A stretch of 64,000 nucleotides of DNA from NCBI GenBank assembly GCA_965113315.1, contig OZ220374.1. One strand, given 5' to 3'. This document shows, one piece after another, positions 50,052 through 63,359 of the stretch (within the stretch, counting starts at the first letter, position 1; each line of letters starts with the position of its first letter). The stretch is from Podarcis vaucheri (Eukaryota). The notes under the pieces are model-generated. The model was not told where the DNA came from. It saw only the letters and a list, made by a program, of their open reading frames with translations, and made no database searches. The position numbers were made by a program, and so were the translations under genes.

Positions 50052-50330
50052 GTGAGACCCGCCTAGCCACACCTCAATCAACAGTATAAGTAGATAAATA
50101 GGTACTGCTGCAGCGGGGAAGTAAACAGTGTTTCTGTGCGCTCTGGTTTCCATCACGGTGTCCCGTTGCTCCAGAAGTGGTTTAGTCATGCTGGCCACAT
50201 GACCCAGAAAGCTGTCTGTGGACAAATGCCGGCTCCCTCGGCCTGAAAGCGACATGAGCACCACAACCCCATAGTCACCTTTGACTGGACTCAACTGTCC
50301 AGGGGTCCTTTACCTTTTACCTTTTTTTAC
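50052..50330 (+). mobile_element. Sauria SINE, 3' part
   Basis: TAGATAAATAGGTAC...GTCATGCTGGCCACATGACC, with ACCTTT tail. Confidence 0.8.
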
Positions 50331-51971
50331 CTGGTTTAGTGCTGTGCCTTCCTGACACAGAGATTTGGAGTCTTAATCCTACCCAGTGGGCACAAGTTAG
50401 TTTGCTGAAATTAACAAAACCGATCTTCCTACTTTTGCCTTTGGGAATGGCCATACTGAGAGTCATTTCTATTATATAATATTTTAGCAAAATGTTTTGA
50501 GATACTAAAATGCCCATTGCATAGATGAAGTTTTTAGAAAGAACTGAGACTCAAGGACTTTTGTTGTTGTTGTTATGCACTCATTGTGGTATTCATTATA
50601 TTTGCCTTAATAGGACTACTCTGCAACAATTAGATTATGGACTGCAGCCAAGTGCACTCATTTGCCTTTTACTCTCTTGCATTTCTCTGCAAAATTTGGC
50701 GGCATTTGAGAATAACCAAGCGCAAGTGTGTGCCCTACCGCATCGTTTATGCTGACACTAACAGCAGTATCAACACACTGTACTAGAGAAAAGGCAGAAC
50801 CAGTGACCAACAGTAATGGTACCAAGGAAAGTATCCAAGCAGAAGAAAGGAGCTAATCATCCAAACAAATGGCCACAGCGCAGCATTCATGGCTTGGGAA
50901 CGAGTTTGATCCATCAAGAGAAAATCTAAACTGTCAAGTGAGCAAAAATAAAATCAGATGTTGTTTCATGTTTCTATTTCCATGCCAAAACGCCACTGTT
51001 GTTGGCTCTTGTGATGGCATTTAGGAATGCACATAGACATGATAATGAACTTTATTGAGAGAACGAGATCACAGTGAACATATGGGGCTAAATGCACCCA
51101 AATGTAAGCAGTTTGAACAACTCTCATTAATTTTGATAGCTGAGTTAATAAAAAACACACCTGCATGTTCTCCCACCAAAATCTATGAGCCTATGGCTGT
51201 AGTCCTAACCTTGTTTACCAGGAAGTAAGCCCCCTTAGGACCTATTTCGGAGCCAAAGAGGTGAGGATTGTGCTGTTAAATGAGCTGAACTTGAATGCAT
51301 CCTTACTTAGCCTTCATATTGCAGTCAAAGAGGATGATACATATTGACAGACTGGAACTCAGAAAGTGTGGCAGGGGGAGAATAATGAGGTGCAGGAACA
51401 CAGCCATTCGGGATTAAAGTTCACTTGCAAACAAAATTTATTACATATTGATTTTAATTTGCTAGGCAGCAGTAGCCCTTTCCACCTGACAACAAACAAG
51501 CTGAATTTCACATACCTGGAGTCTCAAAAGGTACAGATTTGCATTTGACCTATCAGAAGAAATTGAAACGGTAAACAACCCTTAACAACCCTTTTGTAGA
51601 TTCGAAAACCAGGAAAATAAAGCCTTGCTGCACGTGAGTGAGGCCTGTATCAAGGGACTGAAATATTAGATGCCTCTGTGGCAATTGCTTGAATTACAGT
51701 AGCAACTGTGGCTCCGTGATCTGTGCTCTGATACTGTGACTGTACCAAATCCACTGGAAGGCTCTGCCAGCCCAGAACATCAGGGGAAACGAGGAGCAGG
51801 GGATGCAGACAAGGAAAAACAATGATTTTCTAGTAAAACAAGCAACATTCTTTTAACCATATTTTTGTAAAAAGAAATCAAGCGTGAGTTGCTTTTTAAA
51901 AGAAATATCAAACAACTTTTCAAACATCAATTATTTAGGGGCTTGAATCGCCAAGGGATTTTTGCCAAAAA

Positions 51972-52140
51972 TCGTGGACGACTCTGGGGTTGTGGTGCTC
52001 ATCTCGCTTTACTGGCTGAGGGAGCCGGCTTACAGCTTCCGGGTCATGTGGCCAGCACGACTAAGCCGCTTCTGGTAAACCAGGGCAGTGCACGAAAACA
52101 CCGTTTACCTTCCAACTGGAGCAGTACCTATTTATCTATT
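51972..52140 (-). mobile_element. Sauria SINE internal fragment
   Basis: Reverse complement of the body of the SINE at 6901-7240. Confidence 0.8.
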
Positions 52141-52379
52141 TTCACTGCCTGTAAGTACATAGCAAACATTCCCATTAAAGCAGCGGTGGGCAACCTCCAG
52201 ACCAAATCAAGCCCACCAGACATTCCCCCACCAACCATGCTCACCTATTGCTACACATGATGTTATATGTGTGGGGCAGGTAAAGACACTGAGGCAAAGA
52301 AACCATTGGGAGTCTTAAGGGAGTCCTTGGCAAGCAGTCCACAACAACACTCGGGAAACCATTTACCTTTCTGGTGGCT

Positions 52380-52820
52380 TCTCAGAACGGATATTGTAGA
52401 GCTGGAAAAGGTGCTGAATAGAGCAACCAAAATGTTCAAGCTCCTCTCTGAGAAAAGGTTACAACACTGGAGCTTTTTAGCTTTGAAAAAGAGTCAACAG
52501 AGAACCCGAAAACTGTCTATAAGGCTATGCATGTTGTGGGGAAAGTGGATAAAGAGAAGCTTTCCCCCCTTCCCTCACACAGGGAAGATTTGTGACAGAA
52601 GAAATAACGTTCTTTTCACACAGTGCATGGTTAAGCCACAGAATTTACTCTCACTAGTTGTTGTGATGCATGCCAACTTGGATGGCTTTAAAAGGGTAAT
52701 TAAGCATATTTATGGAGGATTAAGCTACCAAGGACCACTAGTCATAATGGCTGTACATACAAAAATACTATCCCCACAAGTGGCGATAGTGCTATTGTGC
52801 TCGCGTCCTGCTTACAGGCT
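52380..52820 (+). mobile_element. CR1 LINE 3' fragment
   Basis: DIVELEKVLNRATKM...EKRLQHWSFLALKK. A related copy lies on - at ~59850-60000. Confidence 0.7.
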
Positions 52821-52829
52821 TAATAATAA

Positions 52830-53075
52830 TTTTATTATTTATATACTGCCCATCTGACTGGGTTGCCCCAGCCACCCTGGGCAGCTTCCAGCAAAATATA
52901 AAAACCACAATAAAACATCAGACATTATAAACTTCCCTATACAGGGCTGCCTTCAGATGCCTTCTCAAAGTCAGATAGTTATTTATCTGTTTAACATCAG
53001 ATGGGAGGGCACAGGCGCCACTACTGAGAAGGCTCTCTGCCTGGTTCCCTGTAACTTTTTCTTCTTGCAGTGAAT
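52830..53075 (-). mobile_element. L2 LINE 3' end
   Basis: GCCCATCTGACTGGGTTGCCCCAGCCAC...AGGGCTGCCTTCAGATG; homologous to copies at ~59480 and ~62825. Confidence 0.75.
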
Positions 53076-53219
53076 TTCCCTTTAGCATTTGGTTGGCTAC
53101 TGTGAGAACAGGATACTGACCCAGATGTTATTATCTAATAGGATTCCTCCTATGTTCTTACGCACCAGGCATATCAACAGGATTAAGTTAACCATGACAA
53201 ACATCATAAAACACATCTA

Positions 53220-53434
53220 CAGTGGTACCTCGGGTTAAGAACTTAATTCTTTCCGGAGGTCCGTTCTTAACCTGAAACTGTTCTTAACCTGAGGTACCAC
53301 TTTAGCTAATGGGGCCTCCTGCCGCCACCGCATGATTTCTGTTCTCATCCTGAAGCAAAGTTCTTAATCCAAGGTACTATTTCTGGGTTAGCGGAGTCTG
53401 TAACCTGAAGCGTCTGTAACTCGAGGTACCACTG
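53220..53434. mobile_element. Tigger/pogo-like MITE
   Basis: TA|CAGTGGTACCTCG...CGAGGTACCACTG|TA. Confidence 0.9.
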
Positions 53435-55293
53435 TATTTCTCATCTTCCTTTGTATCTCAAGACAGTATACATGAAGTTCCAAGGCAGTCACCCATCTAG
53501 GTACTGACTGGAACAAGATCTGTTTGGTTTCATCAAGGCTGCTGTATCACGGGTCTTCAGAGCATGTTCTGGGACCATGGGAATATGCCAGTGCAAACAA
53601 GAAAAAAGAAATTCAGACAAGTCTGATAAAGAAATTGGGGACTGGGATAAGATGCAATACTTCATAATGCAAGCCTGCCCAGTTGACTCAGAAGTAAAAC
53701 TATTGAGTTCGATAGAAGTTACAGCCAGGTAAGTCTGTACAGGATTGCAGCCTTGATCTCTTTAATAACACCTCCATGTTTTCCCCTTTGAGAACAGTTT
53801 ACATGGAAGCCAATAATTTCATAAAGGCCAGTTCAGAAAATACACACAAGGGTCCCTTGCTAGGATCTAAATCTGAATGAAATTGTATAAGTGTTATGAG
53901 CCAACAGGAGTGTCTCTGAACAGTAATCCTGTGCATATACCAAAGAAAGCTTTCACAAACCCTGCTATTCATGGTTTTATAACTGTGTGGTGAGCTAAAC
54001 GCCTTTCACTCATTGGGTGTGAGTCAGATATTGCCACACACAACCTAAAATGGTATTTTATCCATTGAACACCCTGCACCAAGGCGAGCTGCACATATGA
54101 GGGGCCTTTACAAAATAAAAAATACACACACAAAAATCCTATGATAGAGATTTTTGTAGGCATCCTGTCAAGTATTCATGCTTCACATGTCTCAAACTAA
54201 CAGCACAGAAACCAGATTTTTCTTTCACACTCGGGCATTAAGATCCTGGTAGTTTGGTTTGATTTGGTTATTTTGCATTCCCCCTCCCATACAAAGCCCA
54301 GGGAATTAAGCTTTGCCATCTATAGAAAACTTTCATTTCTGTGTCAGGAAGAGTCGTACTGAGGCTGATGGGAATTGCAGCCTAAATCATCCGGAGAGCA
54401 CCACTTTCACAGGAAAATTTCACAGCAGCGTAGTGGGAATTTCCCCCAATCAACACTTTCCCCATGCAGTTTGGCTAATATACGCATTTTTTTCAAGCAA
54501 TTTCCCCATGCAATATTTTTTTAAAAAAACAATATTTTCCTGAATGCATTCATTTTTATGCACGCTTTCTCCAATTGCATCACAAAATTTGGAGAAGTGC
54601 AAACTTCGACGGCCAGCTGTGTTTCAGTTCTCACATTGGGGTGAGAATGAGGCTGTTGTTTCTCGTTAAAGTGCAAACAAAACTGACTTTCTCCCCCATC
54701 CTTACCGCTGACCCAAATGTAGCACGTCAGCAACGTGCAGCAGCGGCTTGAGAAAAGTCCAGCTTTTGGTGCCTGCATGGGGTAATCGAAAGAGGGAGGG
54801 GGGCTGTTGAGCGCTCACCATACATGGCTGAAAGGCTGCACATGAAGCATCACATAGGGTTGGACCTCATCAGTGGCAGCCTCTCCTCCTCCTTGCTAGC
54901 TCTCCAGCAGCCCAAGGGTAGCATCCAGCAGTGGCCATGGAGAGGCCATGGGAAGCTGCCTCACAACCACCACTGGTGCTGCAGCTTAGGACAAGCGCCA
55001 GGTCCTCCTCCCTGAGCGCTGTGGTGCTGGCACTGGCAGTGGGGGGACATTCCGGGATCAAAGCAGAAGCTGGGATACGTTCTTAATTCAAGGACTGTCC
55101 CTGGAAAATAGGGACACTTGGAGGGCATACAAATAAATCTGCTCTTTGTTTTTAGATGCAAGGTTGATTGAAGGGAGTGTACTTGCAGGACTGGCCCTTG
55201 GCCAAATGGTACAGCACATGATGAACAAGCCTTCTTCTCTCTTTTTTTATTTTCCATTTCCTGAATTTGATGCACAATTTATTCCTGTCACCA

Positions 55294-55721
55294 TTGTTGT
55301 TATTGTTTAGTCATGTCCGACTCTTTGTGACCCATGGACCAGCGTACGGCAGGCACTCCTGTCCTCCACTGCCTCCCGCAGTTTGGTCAAACTCAAGCTG
55401 GTAGCTTCGAGAACACTGTCCAACCATCTCGTCCTCTGTCGTCCCCTTCTCCTTGTGCCCTCCATCTTTCCCAACATCAGGGTCTTTTCCAGGGAGTTTT
55501 CTCTTCTCATGAGGTGGCCAAAGTATTGGAGCCTCAGCTTTAGGATCTTCCAGTGAGCACTCAGGGCTGATTTCCATAAGAATGGATTGGTTTGATCTTC
55601 AGAATGGATAGGTTTGATCAGTCCATGGGACTCTCAAGAGTCTCCTCCAGCACCATAATTCAAAAGCATCAATTCTTCAGCGATCAGCCTTCTTTATGGT
55701 CCAGCTCTTCACTTCCATACA
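55294..55721 (-). mobile_element. RTE-BovB LINE 3' fragment
   Basis: MRRENSLEKTLMLGKMEGTRRRGRQRTRWLDSV is the BovB ORF C-terminus; (CAA)n tail; flanking tcaccat direct repeat. Confidence 0.9.
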
Positions 55722-56868
55722 TCACCATATAAGACGATAAATGTCCATGCGTGGATCTGATCACAATTGTTCACATGCACACTCTTCGTTGAACTGTGAA
55801 TTTTCTCATGAATAAAGGGGGAGGGGAACCCTACTGCTAACACAGCACAAGCGTTGGCAGTTTTACAAAGGAAGATGAACTGTTGGTGCTATTTGTTTCA
55901 GCAGTTGAATAGGTAGTTGAGGAGTTCCTTTGTGGTCGGCACACCACTAAGACTGATGCTTCTTCAAGACCTGCACAGCATGCGTTCACCTCCCTGCAAT
56001 CCCAATCCTGCACACTTTGGACTTAGGCCATGCCAAAGATAATAAGATCATTGCGTTTGGAGGGATTTCAAAGGCTATTTCATCCAACTCTCTGATCATG
56101 CAGGAAGTCCATTAGTAATTCTCCCCTTGGTAGAAGTGACAATCTAGCTGCTGCCTGAAACCTCCTAAAGAATGAGATTCCACCACCTGCCAGGGCAGTC
56201 TGCTACACTTCAGGATAGGAGATAAATCCAGTTTGGATCACTAATTTGACTTTACAAAAAATTACACAAATCGAAACATGGCCATCCTTCAAAATTTGCA
56301 ATTATCTGAATTTTGCAGTGATGTTCTCCAGCCAAGTAATGTGTGCAAAAATGCAGAAGCTAGAGTAGCGTGGCATAAAAAACACAAATATTAGTAGAAG
56401 TAATGTTCAGAGATGCATTATTCAAGGGCCAATTGCAGAAATATGTATATTAGGCAAAAATGCATGCAAATTTCATATTAAAATGCTGCTGAAATATCAC
56501 GGGGACTTTTAAAAAATGAAAACTGATGCAGATGTGGAAAATCAAACTTATGACTGGAAAAATGAGAAAACAAAATTGGTATAGTTCCTCATCTCTAGTT
56601 CCACTGCCAAAAAGCTTGCAGCGTATCAGGAAGTTCATTCCAATGTTTAGTTGTTGGTTCATGTCCCACCCTCTGTTGTGGTAGAAAACTAATTTGCTCC
56701 ATCTTCTGTGTGTCGGTCCTTAAAACATTTGGCAATCATATCCACTCTTAATTACCTCTTCTCCAGGCTAAACATACCCAGCTCCTTCAACCTGCCTTCA
56801 CATGAATGACTCTCAAGGACAGGACAGTGCTTTTTTAAAAGAAAAAAAAGAAAATGTACCGGTACTGC

Positions 56869-56912
<44 letters not shown>

Positions 56913-56914
56913 GT

Positions 56915-57385
56915 TTTACCTAATTTTATGCATTCTAACTTTAACCATTTCAAACATTAAAATGAAAGGTTCCTTTGAACCTTTGGACCTCCCTCCCTCC
57001 CTCGATGGTTTCCATATTTAAAATAAAGTTTTCTGCATCTTTTACCATTATCCATCTGTTATATATCCATAGTTACTATAGTTAGTTCCACATTACAAGT
57101 GACATTACATCCCTGCCAGTGATTTTAACTGTTTACAGTCTTTTAAATAAATTAAATATTTACTCCAGTCTTTTAAGAATACTTGATCTTCCTGGTTTCT
57201 GATCTTCACCATCTCTGCATAGTCCATCAGTTTTGTCTGCCACTCTTCTCTTGTTGGTACTTCTCCTTCCCTCCATCTCTGGGCTAGAAGCATTCTCGCC
57301 ACTGTCATTGCACAAATAAAAAGTCTTTTATCCTCTTTTGGTATCTCTTCACCTGTTATACCTAACAGAAAAGCTTCTCGGTATT
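56915..57385 (-). mobile_element. L1 LINE ORF2 C-terminal fragment plus 3'UTR
   Basis: EAFLLGITGEEIPKEDKRLFICAMTVARMLLAQRWREGEVPTREEWQTKLMDYAEM is typical of the squamate L1 ORF2 end. Confidence 0.75.
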
Positions 57386-58001
57386 GCATACTCTTGAGTA
57401 CCCCCAGAAAAAAAGCACTGCCAGGGCCCGTATGACTAACTTCCCACACAGAGAGCATTTCCATTTGGAATTTCCATGCAGGTCATCATGTGTGTTGTAG
57501 GATGAATACTGTATGCCGCAAAGCACATTTGAAGGACGTGTCTTCCCACCCAGAATCCCGGGAGCTGCCATTTGTTAAGAGCGCTTGGAATTGTAGCCCT
57601 GCGAGGAATAAACAGCAGACCCCAGGATTCTTTGGGAGAAGTTTCATGCTTAAAATGCACTATAAATGGATGGTGTGTGAACAGCCTTATCAGTCCCAGG
57701 GCAACTGGCAGAGAGGGGGAAGCAAACACCCTCCAGCAACAGCTTCGTTGCTGCCAAATGTTCTTCCTGGGAAGCCGCGTGCAACCTGCCAACAGGCCCT
57801 TGATCTCCTTGCCTGGTCCAAAACGTGCTCACTTGTGCTTGCCAGTCTCTGTTAGAAACACTGAGGATGCTTTCAAATGATTAGAGCAAAACGACAGGAT
57901 TCCTTTTTGAATGTTCATTCTCGTCCCCCCCTCTTTTTTTTCCTTTTTGGCCTGTCACATAATTTCTTTCCTTACCTTTTTTCCATTTCCCTAATCATGG
58001 A

Positions 58002-58040
<39 letters not shown>
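58002..58040. repeat. (AC)n microsatellite
   Basis: Directly visible. Confidence 0.95.
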
Positions 58041-58046
<6 letters not shown>

Positions 58047-59477
58047 ATTTTTTAAAAAACAGAAATGTTAAAATGCATTTTACCAACAACCGAGGCACTT
58101 TGAAACCTTTGGGTGAAACATAAAAGGCAACTTGTGAGAGGTGTTTAAAGCTTAAGGGTCTGGTTTCTTTTTGGAAAATAAAAAAGCAGGAAAGTTGCCA
58201 ACTAGAGTCAAGGTAGGGGAATATTGTCTGAAAGCCACAGTTGACCTCCTACCTTCAAAAGGTAGGATGAAAGTCTTTTTTATATATATAAAGAGAAAGA
58301 AAGAGAGACTGCCGGTGGCTTTTTAGCTGTGTGCCATTCATCTGAGGCTGTGTCAAGCAGGATTTTTATTCTTGCTGGAGACGAGCTACTGTAAATCTAT
58401 CAAATTAAACACTTCTTTAATTGAATGGTTTTTCGCAAGGAACTGAAAGTGAACAGCAGTGCCTTGTTATAAGCGACCCAAAAGCTAAGCCAGATCATGC
58501 GAATAATGACTCACAACATGGAAGGAGTTCATTGTGTGTATCATAGTAGACAAGAGTCTCTGAATCAGGAGAAATATATATGCATGAGAAGCTCAAATGG
58601 ATCAGACAGAATTCCTAATTGGGCCAGCATCCTGTTTCTCTTATGGGGAGCCCGCAGGCAGGACCTAAGCACAACAGCACTCACAATTCCCAGCAACTGG
58701 TATTCAGAGGCAAATTGCCTTCAACACTGGCAGTGCACAACCATCGGGGTGGTAACCTCCTCCTACATGAATTTGCCGAATCTCCCTTCGAATCCTTTGA
58801 GTTGGATGCCATCACTACATCCCAAGGAAGCAGGTTGACCAGATCCTCCAAGTGTTTCGATTTTCCAGGGACAGTCTTGGCTATACAGGAGCCGCCCTGG
58901 TTTCTGATTTCATAGAACTGTCGAGTTGGAAGGGACCCCAATGATCATCTTTCTAGCAATGCAAGAATCTCAGCTAAAACAAACATGGCAGATGGTCATC
59001 CAACCTCTGCTTAAAAACCTCCAAGGAAGGAGAGTCCACAACCTCCTTCCCAGGATTTGATCCTGGAATGTCCCACTTTTCCTTAGGATGTCCCTATATT
59101 CATCAGAGAAATGTTGGAGGGTATGGAGTTACGTGACCCACGAGCCAAGGAGATAAGTAACCACAGAACCTTTAGAAGACATCTGAAGGCTGCCCTTAGG
59201 GGGAAGGTTTTCTTAATGTTTAATGTTTTATTATCTTTTTACATATGTTGGAAGCTGCCCAGAGTGACTGGGGCAGCCCAGTCAGATGGGCAGGGTATAA
59301 ATAACAAAATTGTTGTCGTTGGTATGGAATGGGACATTCCTATTTTCATCGGAGAAATGTTGGAGGGTATGAGGTTCCACAGTTAGCTGAGGATTTAATT
59401 TGGTCCTTAATCTTGCAACATTCAGTTTCATTGGATGGCCCTAAATTCTAGCTTTGTAAAAGAGGGAGAAGAACTAC

Positions 59478-59800
59478 GGCCTCGGCCCAGTATACCTGAA
59501 GGAACATCTCCACCCCCATCGTTCAGCCCAGACACTGAGGTCCAGCTCCAAGGGCCTTCTGGCAGTTCCCTCATTGCGAGAAGTGAGGTTACAGGGAACC
59601 AGGCAGAGGGCGAGCTCCCTCCCATTAGATGTCAAGGAAATAAACAACTATCCGACTTTTAGAAGACATCTGAAGGCAGCCCTGTTTTAATGTTTGTTGT
59701 TTTATCATGTTTTTAATATTCTGTTGGGAGCAGCCCAGAGTGGCTGGGGAAACACAGCCAGATGGGCAGGGTATAAATAATAATAATTATTATTATAAAT
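59478..59800 (+). mobile_element. L2 LINE 3' end
   Basis: GGCCCAGTATACCTGAAGGA...GATGGGCAGGGTATAAAT then (AAT)n. Confidence 0.8.
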
Positions 59801-61514
59801 AAATATATTATTATTACTACTACTACTGCTACCCATTTTCTTCACATCCATTTTATACCCCTCTTACTCACTTAAAAAAAAATAAACTAAAATTTCCCAA
59901 ACTCAGCCTTTCTTCAGAGGGGAGTTGCTTCACTCCCTTGATGATTTCGATTGTTCTTTCCCTCAACTCTTCCATCTCTGCAATATTCTTTTTGAGGTAC
60001 ACGGTATTTTGAGTGCAGTTGAATAACTGCAGGAAACTCTGCATTCGCAGATCTTCTCTTAGTCCTCTAGAGAGTTCTAAAAGTATGAGTAACTTACTCT
60101 GAAATAGTGTCATACCATCTAACACAAGCTATCCCCAGAGTGCTTCTACATTAGGAAGTCATTGTGGGAACTATCTGCTTATTTTTCTATGTGGGCTCGA
60201 TTTTTGGTCTAAGGAATGCGCCTGCAGACACACGAGCCGTGGAAAGTTTAAAAATAACAAACGCAGCAGCATTCATATTACAATTATTTCTGATGGCAAC
60301 TGGTGTGTGCGAGAGAGAAATCGATACTTTTTCTTACCGTTGGTAACAAGTTAACTGTGACTGCACCTTCTGTATCCACCATTCTGGTGTGGCAGGAAAC
60401 AGAAGTAGCAGGTTATTATTAGGTTTATTTTGATAAAGTTTCATCAGAATATACAACAAGCAGTTTAAATTAAGTTTAAATGAGCTACATGGAAAGGAGG
60501 AGGGAATGCATATAAACACATTCCTCAGTCATGTTTTTGTTATATTCATATTTAATTACAAAAAGAGGAAAACAATCCTACTTCACTACCAGGTCCATAA
60601 ATGGGCATACTCTGGAAAAGGACCACTTCCACTGCTACATTTAGTAAAATCCAAGCAGGTTCTAACAAAAATATATTGTTAACTTTGGCCATTTTAATAT
60701 TTTCATTTTGTTGATAATTTTTTTTCTTGAAGCGCTACCTGTTAGACCTTTGGAAACAAGATTTCAACGTAGTAATGCTGATGTTCTTCATAAGTCTGGC
60801 AACAACAGCCGTTTCTGCAAGAAGTGGTTTCAAAATCAGCATATTGTTCCAAAAAAAAAGAGTTCAATAATGCCCATTGTGGAGAGGGCAAGATTGATAG
60901 TTTCACAATTCATCCAATTTCTCTGAATACTAGTTCCCATAAACTTTGCACTTTGCCCCATTCCCACCATAATCATATATCAACCAATAAGATGACATCC
61001 TCTCTAGTCTAGTGGGGACTCAGGAACCACCAGAGGCATTTTACGAGATATGAGGTACCACTTATGAGTGATCTGTAAATACAATTCTGTGGTGTTGGCG
61101 GACATAACCTAAAAAAGAGGCTTGGGCCAGACTGGAATCATAAAACTGCAGAGTTGGAAGTCACCCTGACTTGACTGTGAGCAACGCAGTACATCCACCC
61201 CATAACTTTCGCGGGATACCATCATCGCTGGCACAAATAATCATGAATGCACAATAATAATAATAAGATGCCTGAAAGGACCCTATTTGCGAATCGTTCC
61301 AGGATCAAATCAGAAACTTGGACGGCTTCTGTAAATCCTGCAAAATAGGATCTGTGAGAAGCGGGCAGATCAAAGTTTAAAAATGAGAGACAGAAAAAGT
61401 CATGTGTTTTCTTTATTTACTAGTTTACATACCCCTTCTGAAACTGGTGTTTGCCCTAATAGCAAAAACATATATGATAACAGCATCTGCTTTGCAGAGA
61501 TCCTTGGCCTAGAG

Positions 61515-61796
61515 CAGGGGTTGGCAACGTGCGGCCCATGGGCCACATGCGGCCCACGAAGACCATTTTACCAGCCCACGAGCCGCCCCCAAACTGAGCC
61601 ACCTGCTCACTGAGTGGCGCCAAAAATCGCGCCTGCGCAGGTGCGATTTTCGGCATCGGGGCATGCACAGAAGCGATTTCCGGCGCTGCAGACATATGCA
61701 GACACAATTTCTGGCATCACGCTGCACCAGTCCAGCCCACGGACGATCTCCATGGGAATAATCTGGCCCATGGCTGGTAAACCTTGCTGACCCCTG
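61515..61796. mobile_element. hAT-Charlie-like MITE
   Basis: CAGGGGTTGGCAAC...TTGCTGACCCCTG with perfect TSD gcctagag. Confidence 0.88.
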
Positions 61797-62581
61797 GCCT
61801 AGAGACAGCAGGAGCGGAGAGTTTCTATCTAGAGGTTACTGAAACTCAGGGCGGAACTTTGGGGAGGTTGCACAAATTGCTCCTGGGAGACCTGCTGCTT
61901 GTTTTTATCAGTCTGTTTGCTTTGAGTGGGCTCTGTATGCATCTTTGTAAATAAGGCAACAATAGCAAAAAGCACTATAAGTTTTCAGTACTCCCCTCCC
62001 CCCTTAATCCAAAGAATACTAAGTGTTGCAACAGCCATCCTGGAACTTCTCGCTGTTCACAGAAGTGGGGCAATGTGTATAATCCATCCTTTTTTCTTAC
62101 TATCATTATTTTGCTGAGAGCGTTCACTGCTAAAACCTCTTAGCAACACTCTGCTGGTAATTTCTTCTCTATCCCATTTTACACAGAGGCAGAGAGACCC
62201 ATACAAATGAAAACTTTTTCCTTTCTTTCTGAAAAGCACTCAAGACTTTGCAAACTCTAAAGGGAAAATCCATTTGGGGGATATTTCCATTTCCATTTAC
62301 AGCTGAAACCTCTGGAGCCACAGTAGGTGCAACATCTGAGTCCTATCATGAAATGTATGTTCAGCTGAGGCTAGGAATGAATTATTTATTTGTTTGTTGA
62401 ACAAAATGTATATGCCTCTAAATTTTAAAAAATGTAAGCAGTTGACATAAGATCGTGTAGAATATTCATTAAAAATAGCAATAAAAGCAGACTTTCAACA
62501 CAGTAGGCATAATACAAATGATTTTAAAAATCAATAAAATTAACAGTTTGGGTTTTTTTTAAAATGTGCAAAATAAAATAA

Positions 62582-62823
62582 CAGTGGTACCTCTGGTTAC
62601 GTACTTAATTCGTTCCGGAGGTCCGTTCTTAACATGAAACTGTTCTTAACTTGAAGCACCACTTTAGCTAATGGGGCCTCCTGCTGCCGTTGTGCCACCG
62701 GAGCCATATTTCTGTTCTCATCCTGAAGCAAAGTTCTTAACCTGAGGTACTATTTCTGGGTTAGTGGAGTCTGTAACCTGAAGCGTATGTAACCTGAAGC
62801 GTATGTAACCCGAAGTACCACTG
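62582..62823. mobile_element. Tigger/pogo-like MITE
   Basis: Same family as 11580 and 53220; inserted in the tail of an L2. Confidence 0.88.
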
Positions 62824-63212
62824 TATTTATACCCCATCCATCTGGCTGGGCCTCCCCAGCCACTCAGGAGGCTCCCAACAGAATATTTAAAAAGTGATAA
62901 AATATCAAACATTAAAACAGGGCTGCCTTCAGATGTTTTCTAAAGTCAGGTATTTGTTTATTTCCTTGACATCTGATGGGAGGGCGTTCCACAGGTTGGA
63001 CGCCACTTCCGAGAAGGCCCTCTGTCTGGTTCCCTGTAACCTCATTTCTCGCAGTGAGGGAATCGCCAGAAGGCCCTCGGAGTGGGATCTCAGTGTCCGG
63101 GCTGAACGATGGGGGTGGAGACACTCCTTCAGGTCTACTGGGCCGAGGCCATTTAGGGCTTTAAAGGTCAGCAACAACACTTTGAATTGTGCTCAGAAAC
63201 GTACTGGGAAAC
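62824..63212 (-). mobile_element. L2 LINE 3' fragment
   Basis: LLLTFKALNGLGPVDLKECLHPHRSARTLRS...RQRAFSEVASNLWNALP is the L2 ORF2 C-terminus. Confidence 0.85.
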
Positions 63213-63359
63213 GTATTTTATATACCACCCTTCATCATAAGATCCCAGGGTTGTTCACAGAATAAAATACAGGATAAAAACAAAGTAAAATGAAACAGCA
63301 AAAACAATAATCTCTCCCTTCCCACAGACACATTTAATAGGCTGTAGAATATTAATCAG

